Source: Octopus sinensis
Taxonomy: Eukaryota
Assembly: GCF_006345805.1 (NCBI RefSeq)
Contig: NC_043001.1
Coordinates: 8,742,001-8,806,000 of the forward strand
Reading direction: 5' to 3'
Length of the DNA: 64,000 bases
The notes under the pieces: generated by a model
The model's database searches: none
Told to the model about the DNA's origin: nothing
What the model saw: only the letters and a program-made list of their open reading frames with translations
Program-made: the position numbers and the translations under genes
Shown: one piece after another, positions 14,081-28,686 of the stretch
Layout: the number at the start of each line of letters is the position of its first letter
Position numbering within the stretch: the first letter of the stretch is position 1

Positions 14081-14309
14081 TTTATAAAACAAATATAAGA
14101 GAGTGGTCAATATATTGCTCACTCTAGCACCATTTAATCAAAAGGTTTCAACCACGAAGATACATGTTTCCCATGAAAGCCAGTACGACTGTTAGCTTCA
14201 CATCGTACTGGCTTTCATGGGAAACATGTATCTTCGTGTTTGAAACCTTTTGGATTAACTGGTGCTAGAGTGAGCAATATATTGACCACTCTCATATTTG
14301 TTTTGTAAA
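14081..14309. repeat. Near-perfect palindrome / foldback (arms ~107 bp, 14-nt loop)
   Basis: 14081-14188 is the reverse complement of 14203-14309; the ~36 bp next to the loop match perfectly. Confidence 0.95.
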
Positions 14310-14465
14310 AGTATTGTAATATGTTATAAATATATAATAATCCAGGTTTCTCGTAGCACTAGGCCACTTGGTGTTGAATAATATACTATTAAATTAGTAT
14401 CTAATTCTCTCACCCTATTAATTAATATATATATTTATATATGTATATATATATATACATAATAT

Positions 14466-14515
<50 letters not shown>

Positions 14516-14734
14516 TTCAATTGCAAATCTATATAACGATAAAAATTCTTCCATACATAGTCACAGAATATAAAAGCTTACCAGTTTCTTGTCTCTTCCC
14601 CACTTCGCTCTGTGTGTATATATATATATATATATATACAGAGAGAGAGAGAGAGAGAGAGACAGAGAGCGCGAAAGAGAGAGATAAAGATATGTGTGTA
14701 TGTCTATGTATATGTATATGTATATGTGTTTATA

Positions 14735-15545
14735 TAGGGTGCAGTGGATATAATACTGAAATGAAAATAACACTGACATCTCATTTTAACAGATATGTTT
14801 ACCAAAATTTCATAAAAATATCTTCAAATACTGAAGAGTACATTTAGTCAATATAATCACCATTGGCTCCAACCACGGCCTCTAGTCGACTTCGGAATCT
14901 CCTGCACCTCACCGGCCAGTGTCCTTGTTAAAGTTTTGCCTTCAGTTCATTTTTGGTGTTACAATGTGTTTTGTTGGTCGTTCGCTTAATTGCTTCCTCC
15001 TTACAATAATAATCAAGAGAGTTGCAGTCTTGGGCGTAAGGTGGCCAGATGTTCGGTGTGATGTGATCGTAGAAATTCTCTAACAGCCATGACTGGGTTT
15101 TCCTGCTTTTATGGCATGGTGTAGATTCCTGTTATCGGATATAGGATCTTCTAGCAGCCACCGTCTTGACCCAGGAGAGCACTACCTCCTTCAGGCACTT
15201 GGTGTAGGCCTCCATGTTGAGTGCGAGACCGTGTAAGATGATGACTGGAGGCATAACGTTGCCATCTCTAGTGATGATGTTCACTGGATGTTTGGGTTTT
15301 ATCATTCTCGGTACAGGTCCTCAGGATGCGCTGTCCTCAGATTCACAACCAGTACATAACGTCAAGCAGTACGGCGTGTCATTTCTAAATTTTGGGAATT
15401 ACGCCATCTTGCTGTTTTTTTCCACCGACACGGTTTCCCAGTGACCCTACTATACGCTGTAGTCAACAAAATCAAACAGAAACAATGCACATGCGCGAAA
15501 TTAAAAAATATGCAATTGTGGGAATTTACCAATCGCAGCCACTGT
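14735..15545 (-). mobile_element. Tc1/mariner superfamily remnant, DD37D (maT)-like, disrupted
   Basis: Minus translation QESTPCHKSRKTQSWLLENFYDHITPNIWPPYAQDCNSLDY (cf. QQDSAPCH..WPPNSPDxNPLDY); 37 residues between the second and third catalytic positions. Confidence 0.8.
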
Positions 15546-15556
15546 GCGTATGTATG

Positions 15557-15626
<70 letters not shown>

Positions 15627-15800
15627 GCATATATATACATATGACATATAAATTAGGGGTTAAACTACTTATTAACCTCGCCTAATTATTATACTTACTA
15701 GAATAATTGCCACACAATAACCAACAATGGTGTAGTGATTGTGTATTAGGTATTCTACCAACAGTATATATATATATATATATTATATATATATATATTA

Positions 15801-15843
<43 letters not shown>

Positions 15844-15883
15844 GTATATATTATATATATGTGTATATATATATGTATGTATT

Positions 15884-16179
15884 TATTGTATAAAAGATCG
15901 TGGGTAAGGCTAAAATAATGCGAAGTAAATGCAAAGGAAATCCTGTTATAGGAAGTTAGCTGATTGCTATGGAAACACCCCTACTGCGCATGTCCACTCC
16001 ACACAAGCTGACACACTCGCAAGTCGGTATCGTTCGTCAAAGTTTTTGAAAATGGCGTCATAACCCCGAAATATCGAGTACAAGGAAAGTTTACATTAAT
16101 TCACATATTTGTTTTCTTGTCATTTACCCTGCATTAACTTCGCATTGTTTTGGGTTTACCCACGACATTTTGCACAATA
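15884..16179. mobile_element. MITE-like element with ~55-bp imperfect terminal inverted repeats
   Basis: TATTGT..AAAAGATCGTGGGTAA..AATGCGAAGTAAATGCA versus the reverse complement of 16122-16179. Confidence 0.7.
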
Positions 16180-16372
16180 TATTCTACACCATACTTCATA
16201 GTAATTGTTCCATATATATATATATAGCCGCCTTCATCCTGTACCGAGTAAGGAAAAATTACTCAGAGACCATTGGTCTGCATGTATCGTTGCACTTAGA
16301 TAGGGCGCGGTAGATTCCGTCGCTCATATTATATCGACACAGATGTTATGTCGGTAGCCAGCAGAAAAAAAA

Positions 16373-16638
<266 letters not shown>

Positions 16639-16835
16639 ATATATATAGGTGCAGGAGTAGCTGTGTGGTAAGTAGCTTGTTTACCAACCACATGGTTCCA
16701 GGTTCAGTTCCACTGCGTGGCACCTTGGGCAAGTGTCTTCTACTATAGCATCGGTCCGACCAAAGCCTTGTGAGTGGATTTGGTAGACGGAAACTGAAAG
16801 AAACCCGTCGGATATATGATATATATATATATATC

Positions 16836-16866
<31 letters not shown>

Positions 16867-16946
16867 AAATATATTTGCCAACGCAACTTGGCATTCCTAT
16901 CCAGAACGATGTTTCTACCTTTTAGCCACAGCAAATATATAATATA

Positions 16947-17117
16947 GGTGCAGGAGTAGCTGTGTGGTAAGTAGCTTGTTTACCAACCACATGGTTCCAG
17001 GTTCAGTTCCACTGCGTGGCACCTTGGGCAAGTGTCTTCTACTATAGCATCGGTCCGACCAAAGCCTTGTGAGTGGACTTGGTAGACGGAAACTGAAAGA
17101 AACCCGTCGGATATATG

Positions 17118-17149
<32 letters not shown>

Positions 17150-17382
17150 ATATATGTATGTGTGTTTGTGTGTCTGTGTTTGTCCCCCTAGCATTGCTTG
17201 ACAGCCGATGCTGGTGTGTTTACGTCCCCGTCACCTAGCGGTTCGACAAAAGAGACCGATAGAATAAGTACTGGGCTTACAAAGAATAACTCCCGGGGTC
17301 GATTTGCTCGACTAAAGGCGGTGCCCCGGCATGGCCGCCGTCAAATGACTGAAACAAGTAAAAGAGTAAAAGAGTAAAGAGT
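16947..17382 (+). mobile_element. tRNA-derived CORE-like SINE ('family C'), full length; 5' half duplicated at 16648-16815
   Basis: GGTGCAGGAGTAGCTGTGTGG head, GGTTCAGTTCC B-box-like, CCTTGGGCAAGTGTCTT CORE-like motif, (GTAAAAGA)n tail. Confidence 0.9.
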
Positions 17383-18071
17383 AATGTGTGTGTGTGTGTG
17401 TGTGCATGTGTGTGCGTGTGCGCAATGGAAGTGGTACGGCGAACATTCAACGCTGAAAAGAAAAATCAAACTGCGTTTCAACTCTCTGTGAATATATATG
17501 TGTATGTGTGTGCGTGTAGAAGGGGAGTATGTGTTTGTTTTGTGTGTGAACCAACATTCTTTCAGTAACAAACGATGATCGATATCATATCTCAAAAGAC
17601 AACCACTAGAAAACATTGACAAGAGTATTAATTCGATTTACCATTTATATTTATATATAAAATACAACAATTTGCCGTCATTTTTGACGGCACTGGGCCA
17701 GCTGGTGATACATATTACGTGGAAAAGCGGATTCTCGAGGAACGCTTGGTTGTACTGCACTTCCGGTCTGTACCGCACTTCCAGTTTGGTGTACTTGAGA
17801 TAAAACACAATGTGTTTCATAGTTTGCACTTACATATCACACACAATAACAATGAGCGTAAGGTTCTTTTTAATGGTATTCAGCAAACATATTATTGGCG
17901 GATTTGTGCTGGTGTCGTCCAATCGATAATAAACGCTCATGTGCACTGTTAACAATGGAAATCAAAACGAAGACACATTGAGTACTTATTAAGAATAGAC
18001 ATGTGTGTCGTCGTTTTGTTTATCGTCGTTCACTGTATACATGGTAATTTTATTATATTTTGTCTACATAA

Positions 18072-18657
18072 GGTGGCGAGCTGGCAGAAACGTTAGCAAG
18101 CTGGACGAAATGTCTAGCGGTATTTCGTCTGCCACTACGTTCTGAGTTCAAATTCCGTCAAGGTCGACTTTGCCTTTCATCCATTCGGGGTCGATAAATT
18201 AAGTACTAGTTACACACTGGGGTCGATGTAATCGACTTAATCCGTGTATCTGTCCATGTTTGTCCTCTCTGTGTTTAGCTAGCCCTTGTGGGTAGTAAAG
18301 AAATAGGTATTTCGTCTGCCGTTACGTTCTGAGTTCAAATTCCGCCAAGGTCGACTTTGCCTTTCATCCTTTCGGGGTCGATAAATTAAATACTAGTTAC
18401 ACACTGGGGTCGATGTAATCGACTTAATCCGTTTATCTGTCCCTGTTTGTCCTCTCTGTGTTTAGCCCCTTATGGGCAGTAAAGAAATAGGTATTTCGTC
18501 TGCCGTTACGTTCTGAGTTCAAATTCCGCTGAGGTCGACTTTACCTTTCATCCTCTCGGGGTCGATTAAATAAGTACCAGTTACGCACTGGGGTCGATAT
18601 AATCGACTGGCCCCTCACCCAATATTTCCAGCCTTGTGCCTAGAGTAGAAACGATTA
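18072..18657 (+). mobile_element. Head-to-tail trimer of family M SINE
   Basis: One head (18072-18118), then three units starting GGTATTTCGTCTGCC at 18119, 18306 and 18490. Confidence 0.92.
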
Positions 18658-21600
18658 TATTGTGTATACACGGTTTATTGGGTATACCAGCATATTTTGG
18701 CAGCGAGAAAGACAATGTTGGTGGAATCGTAAAACCAGAGAAAGTAAGATTATTTCGTGTCGTCATCAGGCTAGGAATTTCACTCATCACAAAACAATAA
18801 TACGTGACAGCAGTTCAGATCTTTAATGTATCTTAGTACATTTCATTGTATAACATTAAGCGATAAAATCTTTCATGTATGTAGTGATAAGAAATTTACT
18901 ACCTGTAACATATAATAACGTCACATCTTACATGATTGTAGCTAAATACTTCCGTAGTGCTCATCTTTCTTAATTGTATTCAGTTAAGGAAACAAAATGC
19001 GCCATCTCTGAAAGATAACATACCCTACTAACCGTCAAGCCGTTGGCAAGTTGTTAGACACGTTATCAACGCAGGCGGCTGGAAATTTCCATAATTTATG
19101 TATCGAAGTACAAATTGGGAAATTGCTCTGGACGATCTAAGAATTCAGTATGACGTGTAAAACTTTTTTTTTCTTTACAAATATTTTCATCTCACATGTA
19201 CACACGTCTATTATGAAACATTGAGCAACATTTCAAGTAAAGAAAAAAAATAGTGTATGAAATTATGATTAGAAAGTAGAGTTACTTTAGATATATCTCG
19301 CACATCAAAAAATGCATACACAGCATTTCAATGCTGAATATGTTTAATGTGACAACGTATATCTAACGCTTTATACTATGAACATTTTTCATGATCCTAT
19401 GAGATATAGCACTGGGGAAAATAGCATCATACTTCAACAAAATCCGCCATATATATAATGAAATCAATTTCTCTCTTAAGAAAGATCAATAGCTATTGAA
19501 AATACGTGATTTCTAAGCTGCTTGGCGCATGAGACTGTTGTACACTTTCTAAGCCATAATGTGCGTGCGTGTGTATATAGCTGTGTATTTTGGTGAAGCT
19601 GTGTGTGACAGTGAATATGTAAGTGGAACAGCAATAAGAAAGATGTTTGAATGTTTTGGTGCTTTTATCCGGGATGAATTATAAGGGTTACTGGAGAGAA
19701 ATCAATAGACGAAACACAAACGTTTGCAAAGTCGATAAATATTACTTATCTCAACAGCTGGATGCAGGGAGCAAAATAATAATTTTTTTCCCAGCCGACT
19801 ACAAAAGTGTTTTCAATGTAATTCTTCGCTTTTCATGAAGATAAAACGAAATATCTTATTTAGAATGAAACCCTTTCTTTTTTTTTAATAAACACTACTA
19901 TGGTCTACAATATTGGCAACTGCTAATGTTACAATAAATTGTTCTATAAAAACGTATAATTTATTTTTCATTTGCATAATGATGTTGATTATTTATGAAA
20001 GGAATCTATCATTTCATGTAACGTGTAAGAATAGTATTATGAGGCTATTATCTCCAATGTACAATATTTCGGTTTATTTCACTCATAAGCGCTACAGAAC
20101 ACACAGCACTTTATGGTTTAAAATATCAGTTTCCCCAATCTGGAATGGTTTTGCAATAAGTGTGTCAACAGTTATGCAGTGATTCTATGATCGATTATTT
20201 ATAGATTTACCATTGAAAGAACTACTTATCACCAGGTCTCTTAGGTAATAAAAAGAACTCTCTTTCCGGCAGCTTCGTTTGTTAGAAATAACAACTAAAT
20301 TTCCTTAAGATCACATGTTAGCCGCTTAAAAGAGGAAACCTATACTCGGAAATGTATCTGTAGATATATCCAATCTGAATAAAATAAAGCCGGTGAAAGC
20401 TGGGATATATTTGATCGTAAATACATCGAACTGTAGCTACCTTTGGGCTAAACAATAACATCAATATGAGGATATTGTGTTAAGGCAATCATTTCTGTAT
20501 TTTAGAATCAAAACAGTTTTGAGCTTGTGATATAATTACAGATGAAAAGCATCAATACATGAGGCTATGAAGCAGATGTAACTATTTGAGATATTTAGAA
20601 CTATCACCTAAAGACTTGACATGCTGAAATCAATACCAAACATGAATGTTTAGGAAGACCACCCTTGAACAATGCTCTACCCATTGAGGAATTTGAACTC
20701 ACAAATCTAAGGATATCAAAGAGATATCAATGATGATTACTGCCAGTCTTTACAGGAGTAATTTATATTTTGAAATGGTAATATCATCTGTTCTGATTTC
20801 AGCGAGGAAGTAACTGCTGCCAGAATATAATTTGAGCATTCGATCCCCTCTGGCGTTTGCAAATATATATAATATGCAAATACAGTTGGTGATACATAAT
20901 ATTTTGCAGCATCAATTAAATATGTTTTGCATTATTACTGCTTTAAAATGTAATAAAAATCTATTATTGATATAATATCATTTATTATAATGTACTCGTA
21001 CCGAACACACTTGATAATAGAGATATATTATGCAAGTGTCGAACTGTAAGATATTCACTTCTATTGATACATTATTCTTACGATATTCCTTTGAAGTATT
21101 CCATGACTGACATTGTTTTGGTATTTTATACTAACGATTGTTCAGTGTAGATGGCGGAGAAGAAAATACAAACGACAAAGTTCTGAAGCTGATATGTTAA
21201 TAATTATCATAATTTTATATTGTTTGATAAGCTAAACATAATCATAATTACAGACTTTATCAAAACTGAATATTTCACCCAGACCTCACCTCATTAACTG
21301 GGGAAAGATAAGAACAGAAGTAGTGGCGGGGCGGGGGATATTATGTTGCGATTAAAAGATTTGAATGTCATTATGGCATTCAGTCGTGATCAGATCATGC
21401 AAATACACCATAACATGACGTAATGGTTTTAACAGATTTCTCAATATTCTCCATTCTCCTATTACTTCAAAGATTGGCAATAAGATTACGTAATGTATTT
21501 CGGAGTATATTAGCAAATAGATCTTGTCTCAGCTTTCCTTATGATCGGAGTAGATTTAGTCGGAACGTGAGCTAACAAATAGGAACACGAAATATGAAAA

Positions 21601-22007
21601 TATTGATTTGTTTTTCATTAGAAACAAAAGTTTTGTCAGTCCAAGTGTAGGCAACCTGTACTACGATTATCAATCGTCCACCCAACCCCTGGATGTGTAA
21701 CAATCTCATGGAGTAAGCAGGTTGCGAGATGATTTTGAATATTTCAACTTAACGAAATGCTATTTCTTCCGTAGCATTGCTCCCCTACAGAATATTAAAT
21801 TACATAAATCTATGTCAATAAAAATACAATTAAAAATATATGACATCAAATACTGCTGCATATGAGACAATGAATTACATTTTGCGAACTTTCAATGAAT
21901 TAAGATATTGATTCAATGGACTTTTCATCGTATTATATATGTCAGTCGAATATAAGCAAATAATCATTACGTGTACACATTTACAAGGTTATATATATAT
22001 AATCATA

Positions 22008-22399
22008 CTAGCAGTATCGCCCGGCGTTGCTCGGGTTTGTAGGGAATAACTATAAAGCATTTTTAGAGAGTTATAGCCAAAAAGTAGCAAGAAAATACAT
22101 CAAAATGGAAAAAATATGATTGTAATTTTTTATAAAAATCGCTGACTCATCGTAGACATTTTTAGAGAGTTACTTCCCTTATATTTAAAAAGATATGCAT
22201 TAAAATGGAAAAAAATGATGGTAAATTATTTTAAAAATCGTAGACTCATCGTAGACGCGCGCTAATACCCAGAAGGGATCGATATCAATCACGGCTATAA
22301 GATACCCGGTTTTGGTTAAACTGCACCGCAAAATGTGGGAGTAGTTAGGAATCTAAATCGGAGTAGACAGACACACAACCTTACATTTATATACAAAGA
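22008..22399 (-). mobile_element. Non-autonomous Helitron
   Basis: Minus strand TC...CCCGAGCAACGCCGGG hairpin..CTAG, in A|T context; homologous to 1114-1512. Confidence 0.85.
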
Positions 22400-22810
22400 T
22401 TATTGAAGTAATTGGTGTTAAGAAAAAGGAGAACATTTATTTTTTAAACACTACAATTCTTTCGACCCATGGTAGTTCTCCAGGCGTGCAGGTAAGTAAT
22501 TATGCAACTATTTCTATGAATAATGAGATCTTGCTTTTCCTTCAGGCGATATGTAAATATTGTCTCCTTAAGTTTATAATCCTCGGCTTAAAGAACATTC
22601 TCTCTGTCTGTCGTGGCTTGAATTTAGTAGTAGTCACTTAGTTTATCAGGGTGTTTTGTAGCTGAAGGGCTTTTGCCAGACTGCTTTAAATGTGTAGATA
22701 TTGTTGGATACTGTGAAAGTGGTTGTCGTTTTAAGGGATTGGTATATTTCATACTTTTGTAATGTTGACCATAAAAATATATATATGTGTGTGTGTATGG
22801 CTATATCGTG

Positions 22811-23149
22811 GCACACCATCGGTTGCAACGAGGAGCGTAACAGCCCGCTCGTGAAATTAACGCGCAAGCAGTCCACAGACACGTGTACGCTTTAAGTAGT
22901 TCTCCGGGAAATTAAGCGTGACACAGAGTGTGACAAGGCTGAACCTTTGAAATACAGGTACAACAGAAACAAGAAGAAAGTATGAGAGAAACTTGTAACG
23001 AAAGAGTACAGCAGGGTCCGCAGCCACCCACAACCGGAGGCTCGTGGACCTTTAGGTGTCTTTGCCCAATAAACTCTCACAAAGACCGATCTGAGAATCG
23101 AAACTGTGACCCTGCGACTGCCCTAACCAATGAGCCATTGCGCCTCCAC
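22811..23149 (-). mobile_element. SINE family A (same tail as 576-964)
   Basis: Reverse complement GTGGAGGCGCAATGGCTCATTGGTTAGGGCAG..GTTAATTTCACGAGCGGGCTG. Confidence 0.88.
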
Positions 23150-24122
23150 ACGCACACACAAATATATGATATTTATATGTATATGTATACGTGTGTATAT
23201 ATATATGTATATATATGTATGTATTTATATATATGTATATATCTATTATATACATATATATATATATATATATGCACACACATATATGCCTTTCATCTTT
23301 TATTTGTTTCAGTCATTTCACCGAGACCATTCTGGAGCACCGCTCAGCAGAATTTTTATAGTTGAATTAATCGAACCGACTGTTTATTCAGCTCACTACT
23401 CAATCTAACATTCTCTTTTGCCGAACCAAACAATCCTGTTTGCTTCTCTGTATGTATATATACATATTTATGTGTGTGTGTGTGTGTGTGTGTGTATGTC
23501 CGTGTGTGAATTTGTGTGTTTGCTTGCGCGTGTGTGTTCTCGTGTGTGTCTATATCGCATTCAAGCTTTCGCTGCCAAGTGAAAACTGCTCTTGGAATAT
23601 GCTCTGAAGAATATTATCTAAGTTGACTTTCAAATATCTGAATGTCATATGTACTTGTTACCAATATTTACGTCAGCAAAATGCCTTACCTTTCATTCCT
23701 AATAAAATACGTCAAATTTACTCGTGTCTCACCAATGATATTCTACAATATTTACGGAGTTGTATAGCAAACCACTATTCATTATTACTTGAAATCTACG
23801 TAAAACATGACACGTTTAAACGTAGATCGGCATTAGTAGTTGAATGGTGTCGTAATGTTTTACCTTTTCTGTTGAATTGGCAACAGTTATGGCATGTAGA
23901 GTACCAATTCAATTTCATAGAGAATTCTAATAAACAAAACATATGAAAATAGATATTATATCACACTACAACCATACATTAATATTTCATTAAATACACA
24001 CACACACAAACACTATATATATATATATTTATATATATACAGACATGCATTATACACACACAAATATGTATATATATATATATATACTTATATATACTTA
24101 TATATATATGCTACATAAATAA

Positions 24123-24198
<76 letters not shown>

Positions 24199-25989
24199 AT
24201 ATATATATATATATATCTGGGGCAATTTATCTTTTCAGATAATATTATTTGATTATTCAAATTAGCGTTAGGAAATTCATGGCTAGACATTAATTAAATT
24301 TTCAGGTAACTTAAATCGGAATAATTAGTTTTCTTAGTATTATAGTGATATAAATTGTCATGTACGTTGTATTTTTTTAATAACAGATTAGCATATATTT
24401 GGAAAGTAAATTTATTTATAAAAGTTTCAAGACTTCATTTATGCAAACTAGGAATGTTAACTGCATTCTTAATATAGAACAATACAGCCTCAACTTCATT
24501 TTGGACTGATTTTAGCTTTGTATTATTGGAGAAACCTAATATTGGTTTAAGAGAAATTTCAATCCATCTTGGCAAATAACAAGAACACTAATATTTTACT
24601 TTCAAATCTAAAAGAAATGTTAAAAATACACAAATAACAATAGAAAGTCGTCGTTTAGATATAAATATATGTATATATATGCGAGCGTCACTTACTATGC
24701 TAATAATGAGATTTCTGGTATCCAGCCATATACGTACTTATTTGATGTCTGTCTCCATCATGTATAAATAGAAATCCATCAAATTATATTTTGACCGGTG
24801 CCAATGTAGATTGGTTTTCTATTTACAAAATTCTTTCAGTATTCCTAGCATCTTATTAATTTACAAACTGTCAGAAATTTTAAAAGTAATATTAAATATT
24901 TGGTTTCGTGTCGTGTCCCTGTATATTAGAAAATACAATAAAAAAACGATGCTAATCTCTGCTGCTTAGATAAAAGTAAACGACCGAAAAGTTATACTCA
25001 TAAACTCAATACTCCCCAAATTGCTATTGGCTCCGCTTTTATAGAATTCTTACTGTTTTACCATATTTCTTTATTTTGTTAGTTATTTTGTTTTATCTTC
25101 ATAGTGTTTTAGTATATTTGACATAAACGTCGTATAAAGTTATATACTGGACGTAATTTTGGAAAAGTGATTGAATAACCTAAAATAGTATTAGATAACT
25201 AACCTTAATAACGATATGAGCGGCTGATATGTCGTAAAATATCTAAATGAGTAAGATAACGTCCACAAACTCTGAATCGCCTTAAGATATGAGTAAAGAG
25301 AAATATTGATGATTCTAAACGAAAATATATAAAATTTAAACTATGAATAAATATGTTTAGTTAAAAATACAATTCTAATTTATTTTCGAGGCACTTCAGC
25401 TTTTACTACCACCTCATGATGGAAGAGAATTAAATATTTAAAACAGGTTACAACACTTTTGCAAGTAGATCTTATCAAATAATAAAGAATTCTCATCTTC
25501 AATAAAATCTAAATAACAATTGAAAAAAAATAACGGTTTTTGAATTCTAATTCCAGTCTTCATAGTGAGTTGAGTGCTATAAAATCTATTTCTGATTTTA
25601 CCTTAAGAAGATAAACAAGGAAATTAGGAACCTATATAATCGTTTACATCTGAGAGATAAAAGTGTATAGCTTTACGTTGATTACTTCTGTACATGATGT
25701 TCCAAAATAAGATTTAACTAAAATAACACCTTATTGATTTTCTTGCTTTTATTACAGTACCCAGTTGTAAGGGAAAGGAAATTATAATATTTCACCGGGC
25801 CACATAACTGTTGCTATTTATCTAAATACTTAAAGCGATAATAATTACAGCGTTTTATGATTTCCATATTCATATGTATATAATGTATTTCCATCAGTTC
25901 AGCAATTCTGTTACTATGAACCGATATGTGAAATTGAAAGGTGACTTCATTTGCATTAGTATTATATTCTGACCATGTGACTGAAATAA

Positions 25990-26083
25990 CCCAACGCCAA
26001 GTGTGGATGAATATAAATACATACATATGCAGAGAAATCAATTGGTACAATGTACAAATATACCTGTGTATATATATACACAC

Positions 26084-26114
<31 letters not shown>

Positions 26115-26175
26115 CGTATGTATATGTATATATATACATGTATATACATATGTATATATACATACATATATTATG

Positions 26176-26224
<49 letters not shown>

Positions 26225-26297
26225 GTGTGTGTATGTGTGTGCGTGTGTGTGTTAAAATGTCTGCGCGTACGCATGTATACGTACATGTGTATGTATG

Positions 26298-26336
<39 letters not shown>

Positions 26337-26530
26337 GCATACAAAATATATATATGCATTATAAGTTTCTATGTAACACACATTTGTATGTTTGTGTGTG
26401 TTTATCTGTGCATGAGCATATGCGTATATGTATGAGTGTACGTGTGTGTGCATATATGTTTGCGTGTGCATGCGTTCCTGCGTGTCTGTATGTGTGCGTT
26501 TGTGTGTGTGCGTGCGTAAGACACAGGCAC
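25990..26530. repeat. (TA)n/(TG)n low-complexity block
   Basis: Direct inspection; source of several spurious long ORFs. Confidence 0.9.
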
Positions 26531-26955
26531 GTTCATAGTCATGGTAGCATTAGATTCACTGTTGCACATTATCTGATTAGAGACTGGGCTTCGGATTTCA
26601 GGGGCTGCTGAGGTCGACTTTGATTTCATCACTTCGAAATGCATGAATAAAGCAAAAATACTACAGGCGCAGAAATGGCGGAAGATGGGTCTTGCGATTA
26701 TCTCTTGCTATTCGCAGCCTTTTGAATTAAAACTTCGCTTGGACATTAGAAATGGAGTCAAACCTGTTAGGATTGTTGACTGAGAGATAGTATGGGAAAT
26801 TAAAATCAATAGATATATGGTGTCCTTGGTTCAAACGGAAGAACAATCGTCCACGATCACAACCAAAGACACACACACACCTCAAACATGCTCAAAGTAA
26901 AGCATCCGCGCATAGGTATGTGTTTATATATATATATACATACATATATATATAT

Positions 26956-27055
<100 letters not shown>

Positions 27056-27056
27056 A

Positions 27057-27400
27057 GGGTAAAGACCCCCTTCGGTCATGTGTGACCATGGGTTTGCACC
27101 TAGAGAGTTACCCTCTGAGGCACAAGTCTGGGCAAGGTTGTTTTTATGGAAGACCAGCAGTCGCCCATGCATACCGGCCTCCCCTCTCCACGCACGCCAC
27201 CAGTGTTATCCAAGGAAAGACAAAGGTCGATACAGCTTGGCACCAGTGACGTCGCAACTCATTTCTACAGCTGAGTGAACTGGAGCAACGTGAATAAAGT
27301 GCTTTGCTCAAGAACACAACACGCAGCCCGGTCCGGGATTCGAACTCACAACCTCACGATCGTAAGCTCGACGCTCTAACCACTGAGCCATGCGCCTCCA
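27057..27400 (-). mobile_element. tRNA-derived SINE, distinct family (GGAGGCGCATGGCTCAGTGGTTAGAGCG head)
   Basis: Clear A-box TGGCTCAGTGG and B-box GAGTTCGAATCC on the minus strand, followed by CTTGAGCAAAGCACTTTATT. Confidence 0.88.
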
Positions 27401-27444
27401 CATATATATATAAGCATATTTATATATGTATATATATATACACA

Positions 27445-27479
<35 letters not shown>

Positions 27480-28020
27480 TGGATAGATAGATATGCTTTT
27501 ATTAGCCACACAGGGCTGAACACAGAAGGGACAAAGTAGGGCTTTTCTTTTGGGGGAGAAAAAAAAGGTGGTAGGTTTTAGATAAAAAGGTATCGTAAAT
27601 AAACGAAAAAAAAACGATCAATAGAGGTCGTGTATCACAGAAATGTTATGATGTAAAGTGTAAAAGGGGATCAGATATGGTTTAGATAGATAAGTAGATA
27701 TACAGAGAGACTGATAGGTAAATAGGAAGATAGATTCACTTATATAAATAAATGTTACATAAACATCGTTGCAGTATTTGTACTTGAGTGATGAATTTGA
27801 ACTGACAAAAAACAGAGAAAATCAAATGTGATTTAACTATTACTTGAAGAAGAATCGTTGTATGGGAATATAGAAGAAGTCTACATAATAGTGGAATTGG
27901 ACTTTTACGAGAAGTGACACCACATAAAGTTGCTCTACCGGTAGAATTGATTACTGAAAACCGAAGTAAAGCAAGGTAGTTTGTAGTAAGAATTAATATA
28001 ATACTGAAGAGCACATACTC

Positions 28021-28231
28021 TTTTACTTGTTGCATTCATTTGACTGTGGTCATGCTGGAGCACCACCTCTAGTCGAGCAAATCGACCCCAGAACTTGTTC
28101 TTTGTAAGCCTAGTACTTATTCTATCGGTCTATTTTGCCGAACCGCTAAGTGACGGTGACGTAAACACACCACCGTCGGTTGTCAAGCTATGTTGGTAGA
28201 CAAACAGAGACACACAAACATATACACACAT

Positions 28232-28266
<35 letters not shown>

Positions 28267-28277
28267 CATATATATAT

Positions 28278-28328
<51 letters not shown>

Positions 28329-28408
28329 TACGTTATATAATTAGGGCTCAGTAAAATAATTTACTTTGCCACATACTGAAATTATTAATTGATTTTAACC
28401 TTTATTAT

Positions 28409-28502
<94 letters not shown>

Positions 28503-28514
28503 CACATATACATA

Positions 28515-28547
<33 letters not shown>

Positions 28548-28686
28548 ATATATATATACTACGGGCTTCATTAAGTTTCCGTCTAACAAATCCACTCACA
28601 AGTTTTGGTCGGCCCGAGGCTATAGTAGAAGACACATGTCCAAGGTGCCACGCAGTGGGACTGAACACGGAGCCATGTGGTTTGCC
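28021..28686 (-). mobile_element. Family C SINE split by an expanded internal (TA)n
   Basis: 3' half at 28021-28225 and 5' half at 28560-28686 match 16947-17382 in reverse. Confidence 0.85.

Noticed and set aside
14189-14235. GAAACATGTA resembles a minimal HHR stem III
   Set aside because: No CUGANGA core upstream on either strand.
18119-18657. CRISPR-like or satellite array
   Set aside because: The units are whole SINE bodies without unique spacers, in a eukaryotic context.
22483-22552. CAG|GTAAGT donor and TTCCTTCAG acceptor 55 nt apart
   Set aside because: No consistent reading frame could be assembled across them.
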